Shown here: one piece after another, positions 29,159-40,016 of the stretch
Layout of the letters: each line of letters starts with the position of its first letter
How positions within the stretch are numbered: the stretch's first letter is position 1
Assembly: GCA_963702845.1 (NCBI GenBank)
Contig: OY969763.1
Location: 3,488,001-3,552,000 of the forward strand
Source: an uncultured Verrucomicrobiae bacterium
GTDB taxonomy: Bacteria > Verrucomicrobiota > Verrucomicrobiia > Limisphaerales > Palsa-1400
Length of the DNA: 64,000 bases
Direction of reading: 5' to 3'
Program-made: the position numbers and the translations under genes
Notes under the pieces: model-generated
The model's database searches: none
Seen by the model: only the letters and a program-made list of their open reading frames with translations
What the model was told of the DNA's origin: nothing

Positions 29159-29740
29159 CTATTTGGTCGTCGAGACGATCTGCGCCATCTGCAGCAGCTT
29201 TGCGCTGATGCTCAACCCAGCCTGCTTCGCCGCCTCTACATTGATTCGAAAGCCGACACGGTTTCCATTCTTCACGAACCTGATCATCCCGCCGTGCTGG
29301 GCAAATTCCGGAATATCGCTCACAGTGAGAATGGGTCGGCCTTTCACGCGGGCCAAAATTACCGGCACCCGTCCGCCAGCAGATGTGCCTAGATACAACA
29401 TATTGCAGCTCGTGATTTCATCCAGAGACTTAAACCTCCTTACTTCCACGGCGTGTCCTTTGACCGTTTCGCCACGGACTGTATCCTCTAAAAATCCGTC
29501 GAATGGATCATTGCCATAAATCCCAATCACGAACGGACGGTTATCGCGTTCAAAAGCCTGCGATGGCCAAGTGACATACTCGGTGAAACGAAACAGGAAG
29601 ACCGCTTTGAGTTTGTATTCGGCAACCGCCGGTTGCGCCACGACAGGCGCCAAGTTCAGCCCAAAAATCAATAATGCAAGCAGCAGTCGCAGACCGCGTG
29701 CTGCGAGATGGTCCGCAAAAATGTTGATTCTTCGAGTCAT
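29159..29740 (-). CDS. YfiR (DUF4154) family periplasmic protein
   Basis: EYKLKAVFLFRFTEYVTWP, FRINVEAAKQAGLSISAKLL. Confidence 0.9.
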   Translation of the reverse strand: MTRRINIFADHLAARGLRLLLALLIFGLNLAPVVAQPAVAEYKLKAVFLFRFTEYVTWPSQAFERDNRPFVIGIYGNDPFDGFLEDTVRGETVKGHAVEVRRFKSLDEITSCNMLYLGTSAGGRVPVILARVKGRPILTVSDIPEFAQHGGMIRFVKNGNRVGFRINVEAAKQAGLSISAKLLQMAQIVSTTK

Positions 29741-29956
29741 TCAGTAGGTCAGCGTTAATTTCGCATAACAACTGCTTTAGACCTCATTGGCTTCGGCTAT
29801 AGTTCTGCTTTGCATACGAGTACATAGCTCTTGCGTGTTGATGTTGGCGCCGAATCTATTGAACTTTGTCATCCATACGGTTGCAAGCCTCGACTGCCCT
29901 TCTCACAGTCTCCCCTTTCCAAGCGCGCCCGCTCGTGCTTAGTTAAGGGCGATACT

Positions 29957-31066
29957 ATGACAGACCCGCGCTATACCAAATTGGCCGAATTGCTCGTGAA
30001 CTATTCGACGGAACTCAAAAAAGGCGAACACGTCATGCTCGACATGATCGATACGCCCGACCAAATGGCGATCGAACTAATGCGCGCCGTCCGTCGCAAA
30101 GGCGCCATTCCGCTGATCGAATGCCGCCACAGCCGCGTCACGCGCGAGATCGTCCGCGACACCAATGAGAAACAAGCGGCGACGCAACGCGATATCGAAA
30201 TGTTCCGCATGAAAAAGGTCCAGGCCTACATTGCCATTCGCGGAGCGGACAACGCGTCGGAAACTTCCGACGTGCCGAGTAATTTAATGGGGCTGCACAG
30301 CAAAATCATGCGGCCGGTTCTCGACCAACGCGTTAATAAAACCAAATGGTGCGTGTTGCGCTGGCCAACGCCGAGCATGGCCCAGGGCGCGAACATGAGC
30401 ACGGAAGCGTTTGAGAATTTTTATTTCGACGTCTGCACGATGAATTATCCAAAAATGGCCAAAGCGATGCTTCCGTTGCAGCGCCGTTTCAATCGCGCCG
30501 ATAAAGTCCACATCACCAGTCCCGGCACTGATTTGCGTTTCAGTATCAAAGGCATCGGCGCATTGCTCGCGGAAGGCAAACGTAATATTCCCGATGGCGA
30601 AGTGTTCTCGTGCCCGGTCAAAAATTCCGTTCAAGGGTGCATTCAATACAACACGCCCACAATTTATGGCGGCACGAAGTTTGAAAATGTGCGCCTGGAA
30701 TTTAAGGATGGCAAAATCATTAAAGCCACAGCGAACAATACCAAGCGCCTGAATGAAATTTTGGATACCGACGCCGGCGCGCGTTACATTGGCGAGTTTT
30801 CGCTCGGCTTCAATCCGTATATCCTCAACCCAATGTGCGACATTTTGTTCGACGAAAAAATCGCCGGCTCATTGCACTTCACTCCCGGCCAGGCCTACGA
30901 AGACGCCGACAACGGCAACCGTTCCGCCGTGCACTGGGACATGGTTCTCATCCAACGCAAAGAATGGGGCGGCGGCGAAGTGTCGTTCGACGGCGAACTC
31001 ATCCGCAAAGACGGCAAGTTCGTGCCAAAAGATTTGCAGCCGCTGAATCCGGAAAAACTGAAGTAA
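29957..31066 (+). CDS. M29 aminopeptidase (AmpS/AmpT family)
   Basis: NIPDGEVF, GEFSLG, LFDEKIAGSLH, SAVHWDMV. Confidence 0.93.
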   Translation: MTDPRYTKLAELLVNYSTELKKGEHVMLDMIDTPDQMAIELMRAVRRKGAIPLIECRHSRVTREIVRDTNEKQAATQRDIEMFRMKKVQAYIAIRGADNASETSDVPSNLMGLHSKIMRPVLDQRVNKTKWCVLRWPTPSMAQGANMSTEAFENFYFDVCTMNYPKMAKAMLPLQRRFNRADKVHITSPGTDLRFSIKGIGALLAEGKRNIPDGEVFSCPVKNSVQGCIQYNTPTIYGGTKFENVRLEFKDGKIIKATANNTKRLNEILDTDAGARYIGEFSLGFNPYILNPMCDILFDEKIAGSLHFTPGQAYEDADNGNRSAVHWDMVLIQRKEWGGGEVSFDGELIRKDGKFVPKDLQPLNPEKLK

Positions 31067-31090
31067 TCGTGGCGCTATAAAATCACGTGA

Positions 31091-31122
31091 AGCGTCTTGG
31101 ACTGCGGCAGTCCTCTGGCGCT
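31091..31122. repeat. REP-like half element, same family as 55334-55401
   Basis: TTGGACTGCGGCAGTCCTCTGGCGCT. Confidence 0.7.
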
Positions 31123-31124
31123 TT

Positions 31125-32207
31125 TCAATACACACCTTCGACGATGTTTTTCTCCATCGCCCCAAACGGCCTAACCTCCGCCACGCCATCCCAAGAATAA
31201 GCCCCGCGCGGCTTCCGCCGAATCGCCTCATCACGCTCCAAAAACCGCGGCATAAAAAACTCGCGCGTCAGCGTCGTCAGCTCAACACGTCCCCACTGAT
31301 CGTATTCCACCGTCTGCTCCGTCGCATTCGGATTCACCACACGCAACACCGCGCGTGGCTGCGGCGCATAATAAGTGATCGAAAATATATCTTCGGGCCG
31401 CAACGGCACACTCGCCGCCAAACCCATCAACGTATTTCCGTAAGTCGGATAAAACCCAATCCGATTCTCCAAAACTTCCTCCACGATATAGCGCACATAC
31501 TGCGGCGCCATTGTGGTGCCGCCGCAAAACACGCCGCGAATACCAGCTTCCCATAAATTGATTTTTTCACCGAGCGCTTCGAGCAACTTCGGCGTCGTGA
31601 ACAAACCCGCAATCTTGCGGTTCTTCAAAATCGTCACGCCTTGATCAACGACGTGATCCATGTAAGCGCGCGCGACCTCGAATTTCTTATCCGCAATCAC
31701 CTTCTTCACCCAACGCGGATCAAGATCAATGAAGTAGCACGAACTGCCGCGAAAATTCGCAAGATGCTCGATCGCCAGTCGCAGACGGCGAGGGCCAGTT
31801 GGACCAACCATCAACCACGCCGCGCCTTTCGGAAAATGTTCGTCCGAAATTTTTCCTGAGAACTCTTCGTAGTCAGTTTTGTAATCATCCCATCCAATGC
31901 GTTGCTTGGGCATGCCGGTCGTGCCGCCGGTTTCGAAAATATTAAACGGGCGGCCACGGAATTTCTTTGGCACCCAAACTTCCGGCTGCAAATCGCGCAG
32001 CCACTCGTCCTGGAAATGCGGAAACTTCAGCATGTCCGCGACCGTATTGATTTCCTTGCGCGGATCCCATCCCGCCTTGCTCGCCCACTCGAGCCAAAAC
32101 TGACTTCCCGTTTCCGGCGAGAAATGCCAATTGATGATCTCACGCAGATGCGCGTCGAGCTTCGTTTTCGCCTGTTCGATATCTGATTGAGCAACGGTCA
32201 TTTGCAT
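31125..32207 (-). CDS. EhpF/PaaK-like adenylate-forming enzyme
   Basis: WHFSPETGS-FW, ETGGTTGMPK P-loop, YGNTLMG, FLERD. Confidence 0.7.
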   Translation of the reverse strand: MQMTVAQSDIEQAKTKLDAHLREIINWHFSPETGSQFWLEWASKAGWDPRKEINTVADMLKFPHFQDEWLRDLQPEVWVPKKFRGRPFNIFETGGTTGMPKQRIGWDDYKTDYEEFSGKISDEHFPKGAAWLMVGPTGPRRLRLAIEHLANFRGSSCYFIDLDPRWVKKVIADKKFEVARAYMDHVVDQGVTILKNRKIAGLFTTPKLLEALGEKINLWEAGIRGVFCGGTTMAPQYVRYIVEEVLENRIGFYPTYGNTLMGLAASVPLRPEDIFSITYYAPQPRAVLRVVNPNATEQTVEYDQWGRVELTTLTREFFMPRFLERDEAIRRKPRGAYSWDGVAEVRPFGAMEKNIVEGVY

Positions 32208-32426
32208 TCGAAGCCGGTAACGTAGCGATTGTACGTGCACGCGACAAGGCCGCGATTCCAATTCCTGCGATACGTTGAAGTGGATGGCTACCTGTAAAAT
32301 CAGCCGGAAGATTTGCTGGCTCGTTGTGACCGGCACCATCGCCCGGCCTATTCCCCGATGCCGCCTACGGTCATGTACTGTTTACAAGGCCACAGCGAAA
32401 TCGTAGTCTCTCATCAAGCCACCGCC

Positions 32427-33410
32427 ATGCGACAGCAACCGAACTATCATCGGAACAACGTCATGACCGCTCGATTCACTTTATTCTCCGCACGGATAAA
32501 TCGAACATTCCGCAACAGCGCCTTCACGTTGATCGAGTTGCTCGTCGTGATTGCGATTATCGCGATCCTCGCGTCCATGCTCTTGCCGTCCCTCGCGCGC
32601 GCCAAAGAACGCAGCCGACAGATTTATTGCGTGGGCAACCTCAAACAACTCACCGCTGCGGCAAACCTCTATTCCGGTGATTACAACAATTTCTTTCCAC
32701 CCAACCCGGATGATCACAACTCGCTTTTCGGCCACAATTGGTGCGCCGGTGACGCAGGCGTAGGACAGGCGCAGGAATTTGATTCCTCTGTTCTGACCGA
32801 CACCAAAAAAACGATGATCACCCATTACATCGCTAAAAATCCAAGAATCTGGCGTTGTCCCGATGACGCTCGATCCGGGATTTTTAACGGTCAATCCGCT
32901 TTAGCGGCGCGCAGCGTCTCGATGATAGGCTCTGTCGGAAGCGCGTGCCAAACCTGGATCGCTTCCCCCACTTCCGGCAATCATTGCGCCAACAGCTGCG
33001 GATCTGGTGCGACTATCGGCCCGTGGCTCGACGGTACCCAACATGGCAATCGGCACGACAGCCCGTGGGCCACCTTCGGCAGAGCAACGGATTTCCGCAA
33101 AACCGGTCCATCGCAAATCATCATGTTGCTTGAGGAAAGTCCGTTCTCTCTGAACGACGGATGTTTTGGGGTCGATTGCAGCAGCCCACAAGCAATCGAT
33201 CGCCCGGCCGACTGGCACAATAACGGTTGCGGCTTCGGTTTCTGCGATGGCCACGCCGAAACACACAGATGGAAGTCCACCTTGTTTCACCTCACCGCCA
33301 AAGCCAGCGGCCATCCCAGCGCAAATTCCTTCGTCGGCGGATCGAACGACTGGTACTGGCTGGCCTCTCATACGTCGGTCAACATGCAAACCGTCGGCAC
33401 CGGCTTCTAA
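32427..33410 (+). CDS. Prepilin-type protein with H-X9-DG motif (DUF1559-like)
   Basis: [38 protein letters not shown]. Confidence 0.9.
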   Translation: MRQQPNYHRNNVMTARFTLFSARINRTFRNSAFTLIELLVVIAIIAILASMLLPSLARAKERSRQIYCVGNLKQLTAAANLYSGDYNNFFPPNPDDHNSLFGHNWCAGDAGVGQAQEFDSSVLTDTKKTMITHYIAKNPRIWRCPDDARSGIFNGQSALAARSVSMIGSVGSACQTWIASPTSGNHCANSCGSGATIGPWLDGTQHGNRHDSPWATFGRATDFRKTGPSQIIMLLEESPFSLNDGCFGVDCSSPQAIDRPADWHNNGCGFGFCDGHAETHRWKSTLFHLTAKASGHPSANSFVGGSNDWYWLASHTSVNMQTVGTGF

Positions 33411-33493
33411 TTTGGGAATCTGTCCCATGAATGCTTACCGATCACTGCTTACTGTTTACTGAATCAGGAAAGGTGGTTAACGTGCAGGGACGT

Positions 33494-34018
33494 ATGCAAC
33501 GCTCTCTCGTCATGACCTTGATCGGGCCGGACCGCCCGGGCCTCGTCGAAGCTGTCGCCGAAATCGTCACCCAACATTCCGGTAACTGGCTAGAAAGCCG
33601 CATGTCACGACTCGGCGGTCATTTTGCCGGCATCTTGCGTGTTGAATTCCCCGCTGAACACGAAGAGAAAATTATTGCAGCGTTGCGCGCATTGGAATCA
33701 CGCGGCCTTAGCGTCATCATTCATCTCGATCATCCCACGCCCGAACCGACGGGCCATCGCTTTAGCGAAATCGAAATCGTCGGTCATGATCGCCCCGGCA
33801 TCGTGCGCGAAATTTCCCACGTGCTCGCCTCGCACGGCGTGAACGTCGAAGAGCTCGACACCGAACGCGGGAGCGCCGCCATGTCCGGCGAATCCATTTT
33901 CAAAGCGCGCGCGCAACTCCGAATCCCGAGCACCACCGACGTCCCCAAAATGCGCCGCGACCTCGAACGCATCGCCGCCGATCTGATCGTCGACATCTCG
34001 CTCAAGGAGCGCCTGTAA
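33494..34018 (+). CDS. Double ACT-domain protein (GcvR-like)
   Basis: GPDRPGLV...GNWLESRM and GHDRPGIV. Confidence 0.88.
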   Translation: MQRSLVMTLIGPDRPGLVEAVAEIVTQHSGNWLESRMSRLGGHFAGILRVEFPAEHEEKIIAALRALESRGLSVIIHLDHPTPEPTGHRFSEIEIVGHDRPGIVREISHVLASHGVNVEELDTERGSAAMSGESIFKARAQLRIPSTTDVPKMRRDLERIAADLIVDISLKERL

Positions 34019-34024
34019 ACGTCG

Positions 34025-36235
34025 ATGATCGCGCGAGTAACTCTCGAAATTGCTCTCGGCAAAGACTTCGACTACGCCGTTCCCGAAGAGTTGCAGGATG
34101 CGGTGCAAATCGGCACGCGCGTTAAAGTTCCATTTGGCAACCGCACCGTCATGGGCTGTATCACCGCGCTGCCTGACTCATCCGCGCACGCAAACTTAAA
34201 ACCCATCGTCAACGTCATCGGCAAACAATCCCAGGTTACACCCAACGTCCTCAAACTCGCGCGCTGGATTGGCGAATATTATTGTTGCCCGCCCGAGATC
34301 GCTCTCAAAACCGTTTTGCCCGAAGCCGTCCGTCGCGAGAAAGATGGCTGGCGCGAACTCCTTTTCGTGCGCGCCTTGCAATCGCCCGAGGCGCCCAAAG
34401 TCACCAAACGCCAGCAAGACATCCTCGACATCGTCAACGCCCGACGTGAATTGCGCTTGCAGGAACTGGCCACGCTCGCGAACACCACCGCAGCGACCAT
34501 TCGAAAACTCGAAGACAAGGGTCTGCTCGAAATTGCTTCCAAAATTTCCGAGCGCGATCCCTATGCGCGCGAAATCATTCTGCCCAGCCAACCCCTTCTA
34601 CTAAACGCCGAACAAACCGTTGTTTTCAGCCAAATCACCGCAACGTTGGATTTGCAACAGGGTAAAACGTTTTTACTCCACGGTGTCACCGGCAGCGGCA
34701 AAACTGAAATTTATCTCCAAGCCATCGCGCACACCTTGAAGCAAGGCAAAGGCGCGATCATTCTCGTTCCCGAAATCGCGCTCACACCGCAAACCGTCGA
34801 GCGTTTCAAAGCCCGTTTCAGCAACGGCCCTTTGCAAACACTCGTCGCCGTTCTCCACAGCCATCTTAGCGCCGGCGAACGCCACGATGAATGGCACAAA
34901 ATTCGCCAGGGTCGCGCCCGCATCGTCATTGGCGCGCGTAGCGCCATTTTCGCGCCCGTCGAACCGCTCGGACTCATCATCGTGGACGAAGAACACGAAC
35001 ACTCCTATAAACAGGAAGAAGCGCCGCGCTATCACGCGCGTGACGTCGCTGTCGTTCGCGGGCAAATGGAAAATGCCGTCGTCGTTCTCGGTTCCGCCAC
35101 GCCGTCGCTCGAAAGTTTTTATAACGTCAAAAACAAGAAATACCGCCTGCTCGAGATGCCCACGCGCGTTGACGACAAAAAAATGCCGATCGTCCGTGTC
35201 GTCGATATGCGCCACGTGGCGCGCAAAGAAAAACAAGGCCCGCCCGTTTTTTCGCCCGAACTCAAGGAAGCGATGACCAAGCGCCTCGAGCGCAAAGAAC
35301 AAACCCTTCTGTTCCTCAATCGCCGAGGCTTCGCGACATCACTGCAGTGCAACCTCTGCGGTTACGTCGCGCAATGCCCCAACTGCAGCGTCTCGCTCAC
35401 CTACCATCGCGCCGCCGGAAAACTCATGTGCCACATCTGCGCCCATGAAACGAAGGCTCCGACAGTTTGTCCTGAGCGGAAATGCAAAAACCCCGGCATC
35501 CGCTACTCCGGTCTAGGCACCGAACGCGTCGAGGCCACGCTTACGAAAATTTTCCCACACGCGCGCATTCGCCGTATGGATTCTGACACGCTCAAGCGCA
35601 AGGAAGATTACCGCAACATTCTCGGCGACTTTCGCACCGGCAAAATCGACATCCTTGTCGGCACGCAAATGATCGCCAAGGGCCTGCATTTTCCGAACGT
35701 CACGCTCGTCGGCATCATCTTCGCCGACCTAAGCCTGCACATCCCCGATTTCCGCGCAGCCGAACGCACCTTCCAACTCCTCACCCAGGTTGCAGGTCGC
35801 GCGGGCCGAGGCGATGTCGAAGGCGAAGTGTTCGTGCAATCGTTCACGCCCTTTCATCCCGCGATTCAATATGCGCGACGGCACGACTTCACCGGTTTTT
35901 ATGATCAGGAAATCGAATTTCGCCAGCAACTCGAATACCCGCCGCTGAGCCGTATCGCGTTGATCACTTTGAAAGGCGTCAACGAAGACAAAGTCAAACT
36001 CAGCGCCGAACACGTGAAGCGCGAGATTGAAAAGCTCGCGTTCCCCAAACTCATCATCGCCGGCCCCGCCCCTGCTCCACTGGCGCGCGCCGAAACGAAG
36101 TTCCGTTACCAAATCATGTTGCGCACTCACCAAATGAGTAAACTCAGCCAACGATTGGCTGAGTTAAACAAGAGCCTCACGCTCCCGGAAGATGTTTCGA
36201 TGATGGTCGATGTGGATCCGGTTAACCTGATGTAA
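34025..36235 (+). CDS. priA: Primosomal protein N'
   Basis: GVTGSGKT, DEEH, Cys-rich region, QVAGRAGR. Confidence 0.97.
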   Translation: MIARVTLEIALGKDFDYAVPEELQDAVQIGTRVKVPFGNRTVMGCITALPDSSAHANLKPIVNVIGKQSQVTPNVLKLARWIGEYYCCPPEIALKTVLPEAVRREKDGWRELLFVRALQSPEAPKVTKRQQDILDIVNARRELRLQELATLANTTAATIRKLEDKGLLEIASKISERDPYAREIILPSQPLLLNAEQTVVFSQITATLDLQQGKTFLLHGVTGSGKTEIYLQAIAHTLKQGKGAIILVPEIALTPQTVERFKARFSNGPLQTLVAVLHSHLSAGERHDEWHKIRQGRARIVIGARSAIFAPVEPLGLIIVDEEHEHSYKQEEAPRYHARDVAVVRGQMENAVVVLGSATPSLESFYNVKNKKYRLLEMPTRVDDKKMPIVRVVDMRHVARKEKQGPPVFSPELKEAMTKRLERKEQTLLFLNRRGFATSLQCNLCGYVAQCPNCSVSLTYHRAAGKLMCHICAHETKAPTVCPERKCKNPGIRYSGLGTERVEATLTKIFPHARIRRMDSDTLKRKEDYRNILGDFRTGKIDILVGTQMIAKGLHFPNVTLVGIIFADLSLHIPDFRAAERTFQLLTQVAGRAGRGDVEGEVFVQSFTPFHPAIQYARRHDFTGFYDQEIEFRQQLEYPPLSRIALITLKGVNEDKVKLSAEHVKREIEKLAFPKLIIAGPAPAPLARAETKFRYQIMLRTHQMSKLSQRLAELNKSLTLPEDVSMMVDVDPVNLM

Positions 36236-36261
36236 CCGGACCCACCCGACTTCAAAGTGCG

Positions 36262-39200
36262 CTAGCTGTTTCGGCTAACGGTAGTAACGGCTTTTCCGTT
36301 ACCGTTACCATTGGCGAAGCCCGCGGCATTCAAACCACCGATCAGCGCCGAGACCTGCATCAATTTGTTATTCAAATCATGCACCTGGCGGCGCTTTTCA
36401 AGCAAAGCCTGCTTGGCTTCATCACGTTCTTTCTCGAGCTTATCCGTAGCTTCAGATTGCGCAGCGAAACGAACGGCCAAATCCTGTTCGCGCTTTCTGG
36501 TGTCGGCCAAAACAGTCGCGTGCTTCTCTTCAATCGATTTGCGCAACTGAAGCTCAAGCTCCTTGATGTCGCGCGAACGTGACTCGGTAGCTTCCGCATC
36601 GCGACGGCGCAACTCCTCAGCGGATTGCGATCGCAATTCGCCGCGAACGTTCTCCAGCTTCGTTTGCCATTCCTGGTCGCGCTGGCGCAGCTTGGCTTGG
36701 AACATCTCTTCACGTTGCTGCGCGTCTTGCGCGAGCATCGCTTCAACGGCCTGGACGCGAGCGTCTGCCTGGCGTTGTGACTTCTCGTCGCGAGCGCGCA
36801 TGTCGGCCGACCACTGGTTCTGCAATTCGGCTTCGCGCGCCGCGGACTTCGCGGCGAGTTCGACTTCGCGCTGTTTGAGACGCGCGTGGAAAACCATTTC
36901 TTTCTGTTGCAATTCCTGCACCAGACGCGCATCCGCATCGTGCGCTTGTGCGACCAACTGCCGTTCCGTTTCAGCCTGGTGCCGGCGCAATTCCTCGTCG
37001 GCTTGCGCGTGCGATTCGTTCAAGCGCACTTCGGCTTGCGACTGCAATTGCTGCTCGCGTTGTTGGAGTTTGATCCGGGCGGATTCTTCGCGCTTATCAA
37101 CCTCTTGCTTCCAGCGTGCGTCCACTTCACGAACACGCGCTTCGAGCTGACGTTCCAAATCCATTTCGCGACGGCTCGACACATCTTCAGCGGCAGACTT
37201 CGCCTCGGCGACTTCAAGATCATGTGCCGCCGCTAATTCCTGCTCGCGCTGGCGCAAGCGACGTTCGAAATCTTCTTCGCGTTGGCGCAGCGATTTTTCA
37301 AATTCCATTTGTTGACGATCGGCACGTTGCTTCTCGTTGCGAACAGCCTTTTCAACTTCACGACCCGCATCCTCTTTGGATTGCGACATACGGACGACAA
37401 ACGCGTCCGACTGCTGTTTCAACTGCGCTTCGGCCATATCGCGAGCATGTATCGCTTCCTTCAAATCATGTGACATGTGGGCCGAAGCTTCCACCGCGGC
37501 CAACTCCGCATCAGCCATCTGCCGGCGCGCCTGGATGACCTGCGTTTTGCAATCTTCAGTCACCTCGATCAGTTTCTTCTGATGATCCGAAAGCATCGCC
37601 GTGCGTTCCGTTTCACTGGCGGCGCGTTGATTGTCCAATTCCTGGCGCAACTGCGTGATGCGCTCAGACCACGCATTTTGGCGTGCCTGAACCTGTCGTT
37701 CGATTTCCGACTTCTGGAAATCGCGCATCGCGTCCTTCTCCGCAATGGCGCGATTCAACGATTCAGCAAGGTCGCTAAATTTGGCGACCCACTCGCCTTC
37801 CTTCTGCGTCAATTCAGTCGCGTGCTGCACGGCAAACGCGTCAGCGCTTTCGCGAGCGGCCTGCAATTCAATTTCTTTTTCAGCAAGCGCTTTCTCGGCG
37901 GTTGCGTTCGCGTTAGCGATGGCGCGATCGCGAATCGCGATTTGCGCCGATGATTCACTCGCGAGACGTTCCGCGCGCAAAATCTTTTGCCGACCGGCGC
38001 GGATATAGAGCCAGTGCAGGCGACGACCGAAAAATCCGAGACGATGCGACGCACGTTTTTGTTCCGGCTTGAACAAGGTTGAGAACCCAATCTCGACCAT
38101 CAATGTCGGCAAAAACGCCACGATGAACGCGAGCACCGGATAGACCCAGATACGCACCATGCTGATCTGGTCCGTATACAAATCGCCACGTTCCTTGGCC
38201 GTTGCCTTGATCGTCACGGGACGTTGTCCGAGCAACAAACCGCGAACGATTTCAACCGTCGTCGCGATACGATAGACCTGCGTCTTCTTGATCGCCGCTT
38301 CGCGTTGGTCGTAAAAATCTGCCGCGGTTTTCGTCGCGGTATCGATCTGCGCCTGAATGCCGTCAACCTTTTGCGCCACCGCTGCGAACTCCTGGTTGAT
38401 CTGCTTCTCTTCTTCCGCGTATTGCGTGTCCACTGCAGCCTGCGCGACCATCAGCGCTTCACGTTTATGATCGGCTTCCTCGCGCTTGGCGCTGGAACGC
38501 GTATCAAACTGCTCGCGCAGCTTATGCGCATCATCCTCAATCTGCGCCACGCGCTGGCGACGCTTCGCGTTCACGCTGGCCAATTCCGATTCCTTCGTCT
38601 GGATCTGCGTATCGATTTCCGCGATCGCGGTTGGTTTCAGAATCGTATTATCCTCGCGCACAGGGGCGACGCCGGGATTGATCGGCTCTTTCATCAACTG
38701 CCGCTTCACAAAATTTGCGCCGTTATAAGCCGCCAGGTCCTTTTCATACGTTGCGCGTTTATTGGCGTAATCGGACATGCGGATTTTAAAATCATTTTCC
38801 AGCCGTGCTTCTTCGGCATTCCATTGCGAGGCCCGGCCGACTTCCGTTTCACGTTGCGCGCGCAAATCCGCGATCGCCTTCGTCAACTGTGCGCTATCGG
38901 CATCCGCCTGTTTGATGATCGTCGCCTGGCGCGCTTCCACTTCCGACAACTGTTGCTTCTGATAATCCGTCATCGAAATGGCATCCTGGCGCATCTCGCC
39001 GTTCAACTTCATTGCTTCGTCCAAATCCGATTTCGCTTTCGCCTTGCGGATACCCAGATCGACCAATTTAGCTTTGCGATCGACCTTCTTCACCGTAATC
39101 CCCACCAACTCACCTTTCAGTTGCGCAACCTTGGCATCTTCAGCAATCGCCTTTTCGAGCATCTGACTCGCCGGATTCATCGCCACGCCCATTTCATAAA

Positions 39201-39573
39201 CCGCCATGTCTTTGACGAGCTGAAACGTCAGCACGCAAATCAGCGGCAAACCGATCATCAACATGAAACCCTTCGCCCAACCCGTGCGCGACGCCGTCCA
39301 GATGGCCAGCGGCAACTTCAACGTTTCCACCGCAAGAATGGTCGCGCCAATCGGGCCGATGCCAAAGAAGCTGACGCCCATTCCCTGGGGCAAGCACACC
39401 ACCTGTTGATACTTCCAACCGGTGGCCAAAATCACAAATTCAACCACTGTCGCCATCACGATCAACGGCAGCGTCAAATACGAGATGCGTTTCGAATTCA
39501 AGAGCTGCCATAAACCCGACAAAACTCCGGCACGAGGGCCTTCTTGCGAACTGGCATAGGTATCGTTGTTCAT
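36262..39573 (-). CDS. Large membrane-anchored coiled-coil protein of unknown function
   Basis: 1103 aa; N-terminal TMs, about 350-aa coiled coil, one further TM, about 600-aa E/Q/R/A-rich coiled coil. Confidence 0.85.
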   Translation of the reverse strand: MNNDTYASSQEGPRAGVLSGLWQLLNSKRISYLTLPLIVMATVVEFVILATGWKYQQVVCLPQGMGVSFFGIGPIGATILAVETLKLPLAIWTASRTGWAKGFMLMIGLPLICVLTFQLVKDMAVYEMGVAMNPASQMLEKAIAEDAKVAQLKGELVGITVKKVDRKAKLVDLGIRKAKAKSDLDEAMKLNGEMRQDAISMTDYQKQQLSEVEARQATIIKQADADSAQLTKAIADLRAQRETEVGRASQWNAEEARLENDFKIRMSDYANKRATYEKDLAAYNGANFVKRQLMKEPINPGVAPVREDNTILKPTAIAEIDTQIQTKESELASVNAKRRQRVAQIEDDAHKLREQFDTRSSAKREEADHKREALMVAQAAVDTQYAEEEKQINQEFAAVAQKVDGIQAQIDTATKTAADFYDQREAAIKKTQVYRIATTVEIVRGLLLGQRPVTIKATAKERGDLYTDQISMVRIWVYPVLAFIVAFLPTLMVEIGFSTLFKPEQKRASHRLGFFGRRLHWLYIRAGRQKILRAERLASESSAQIAIRDRAIANANATAEKALAEKEIELQAARESADAFAVQHATELTQKEGEWVAKFSDLAESLNRAIAEKDAMRDFQKSEIERQVQARQNAWSERITQLRQELDNQRAASETERTAMLSDHQKKLIEVTEDCKTQVIQARRQMADAELAAVEASAHMSHDLKEAIHARDMAEAQLKQQSDAFVVRMSQSKEDAGREVEKAVRNEKQRADRQQMEFEKSLRQREEDFERRLRQREQELAAAHDLEVAEAKSAAEDVSSRREMDLERQLEARVREVDARWKQEVDKREESARIKLQQREQQLQSQAEVRLNESHAQADEELRRHQAETERQLVAQAHDADARLVQELQQKEMVFHARLKQREVELAAKSAAREAELQNQWSADMRARDEKSQRQADARVQAVEAMLAQDAQQREEMFQAKLRQRDQEWQTKLENVRGELRSQSAEELRRRDAEATESRSRDIKELELQLRKSIEEKHATVLADTRKREQDLAVRFAAQSEATDKLEKERDEAKQALLEKRRQVHDLNNKLMQVSALIGGLNAAGFANGNGNGKAVTTVSRNS

Positions 39574-39844
39574 AATTAGAAATCAGTTAACCGCGAATTC
39601 TCGGGAGCAGCTCGTATGCCAGTGGAGAAAAAGGCCGGGTAGAAACTCGCCTTGGCGCACGTCACGGAATGTCAATCAAACGACGCAACACATTGATTCA
39701 CAACTAACAGCACCGATGCCCCCCGCTCTCCGTTTATAACTGAGGAATAAACCGGCGGATGTGAGAACGTAGTTCGCGTGTTTGAGTGAGGAATGATTTC
39801 AAAATTTCAAAAGTTATGTTTTGAAACCAAAACTCAATTCGAGC

Positions 39845-40016
39845 TCTGAGGTGTTGCGAACGTCCACAAAAAAGCACAAAAACGGGGGCTAAAATCACCA
39901 CTTCTAACTGCGCAACCTGTTGCAGCTTTGGACATTGGTCGCGAATTTAACTTGTTTCTAAAAAACTTTTTTTAGGTGGCAGTAGGTGACAGTAGGTGAC
40001 CACAGGTGACTTTTTG
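39845..40016 (-). repeat. Phased 10-bp repeat element, copy 2
   Basis: Plus strand TTTAGGTGGC/AGTAGGTGAC/AGTAGGTGAC/CACAGGTGAC beside A/T tracts and CAAAAACGGGGGC. Confidence 0.75.

Noticed and set aside
39620..39670. Purine-riboswitch-like GTTTCTACC on the minus strand upstream of the coiled-coil gene
   Set aside because: The P2/P3 loop sequences and P1 pairing are missing.
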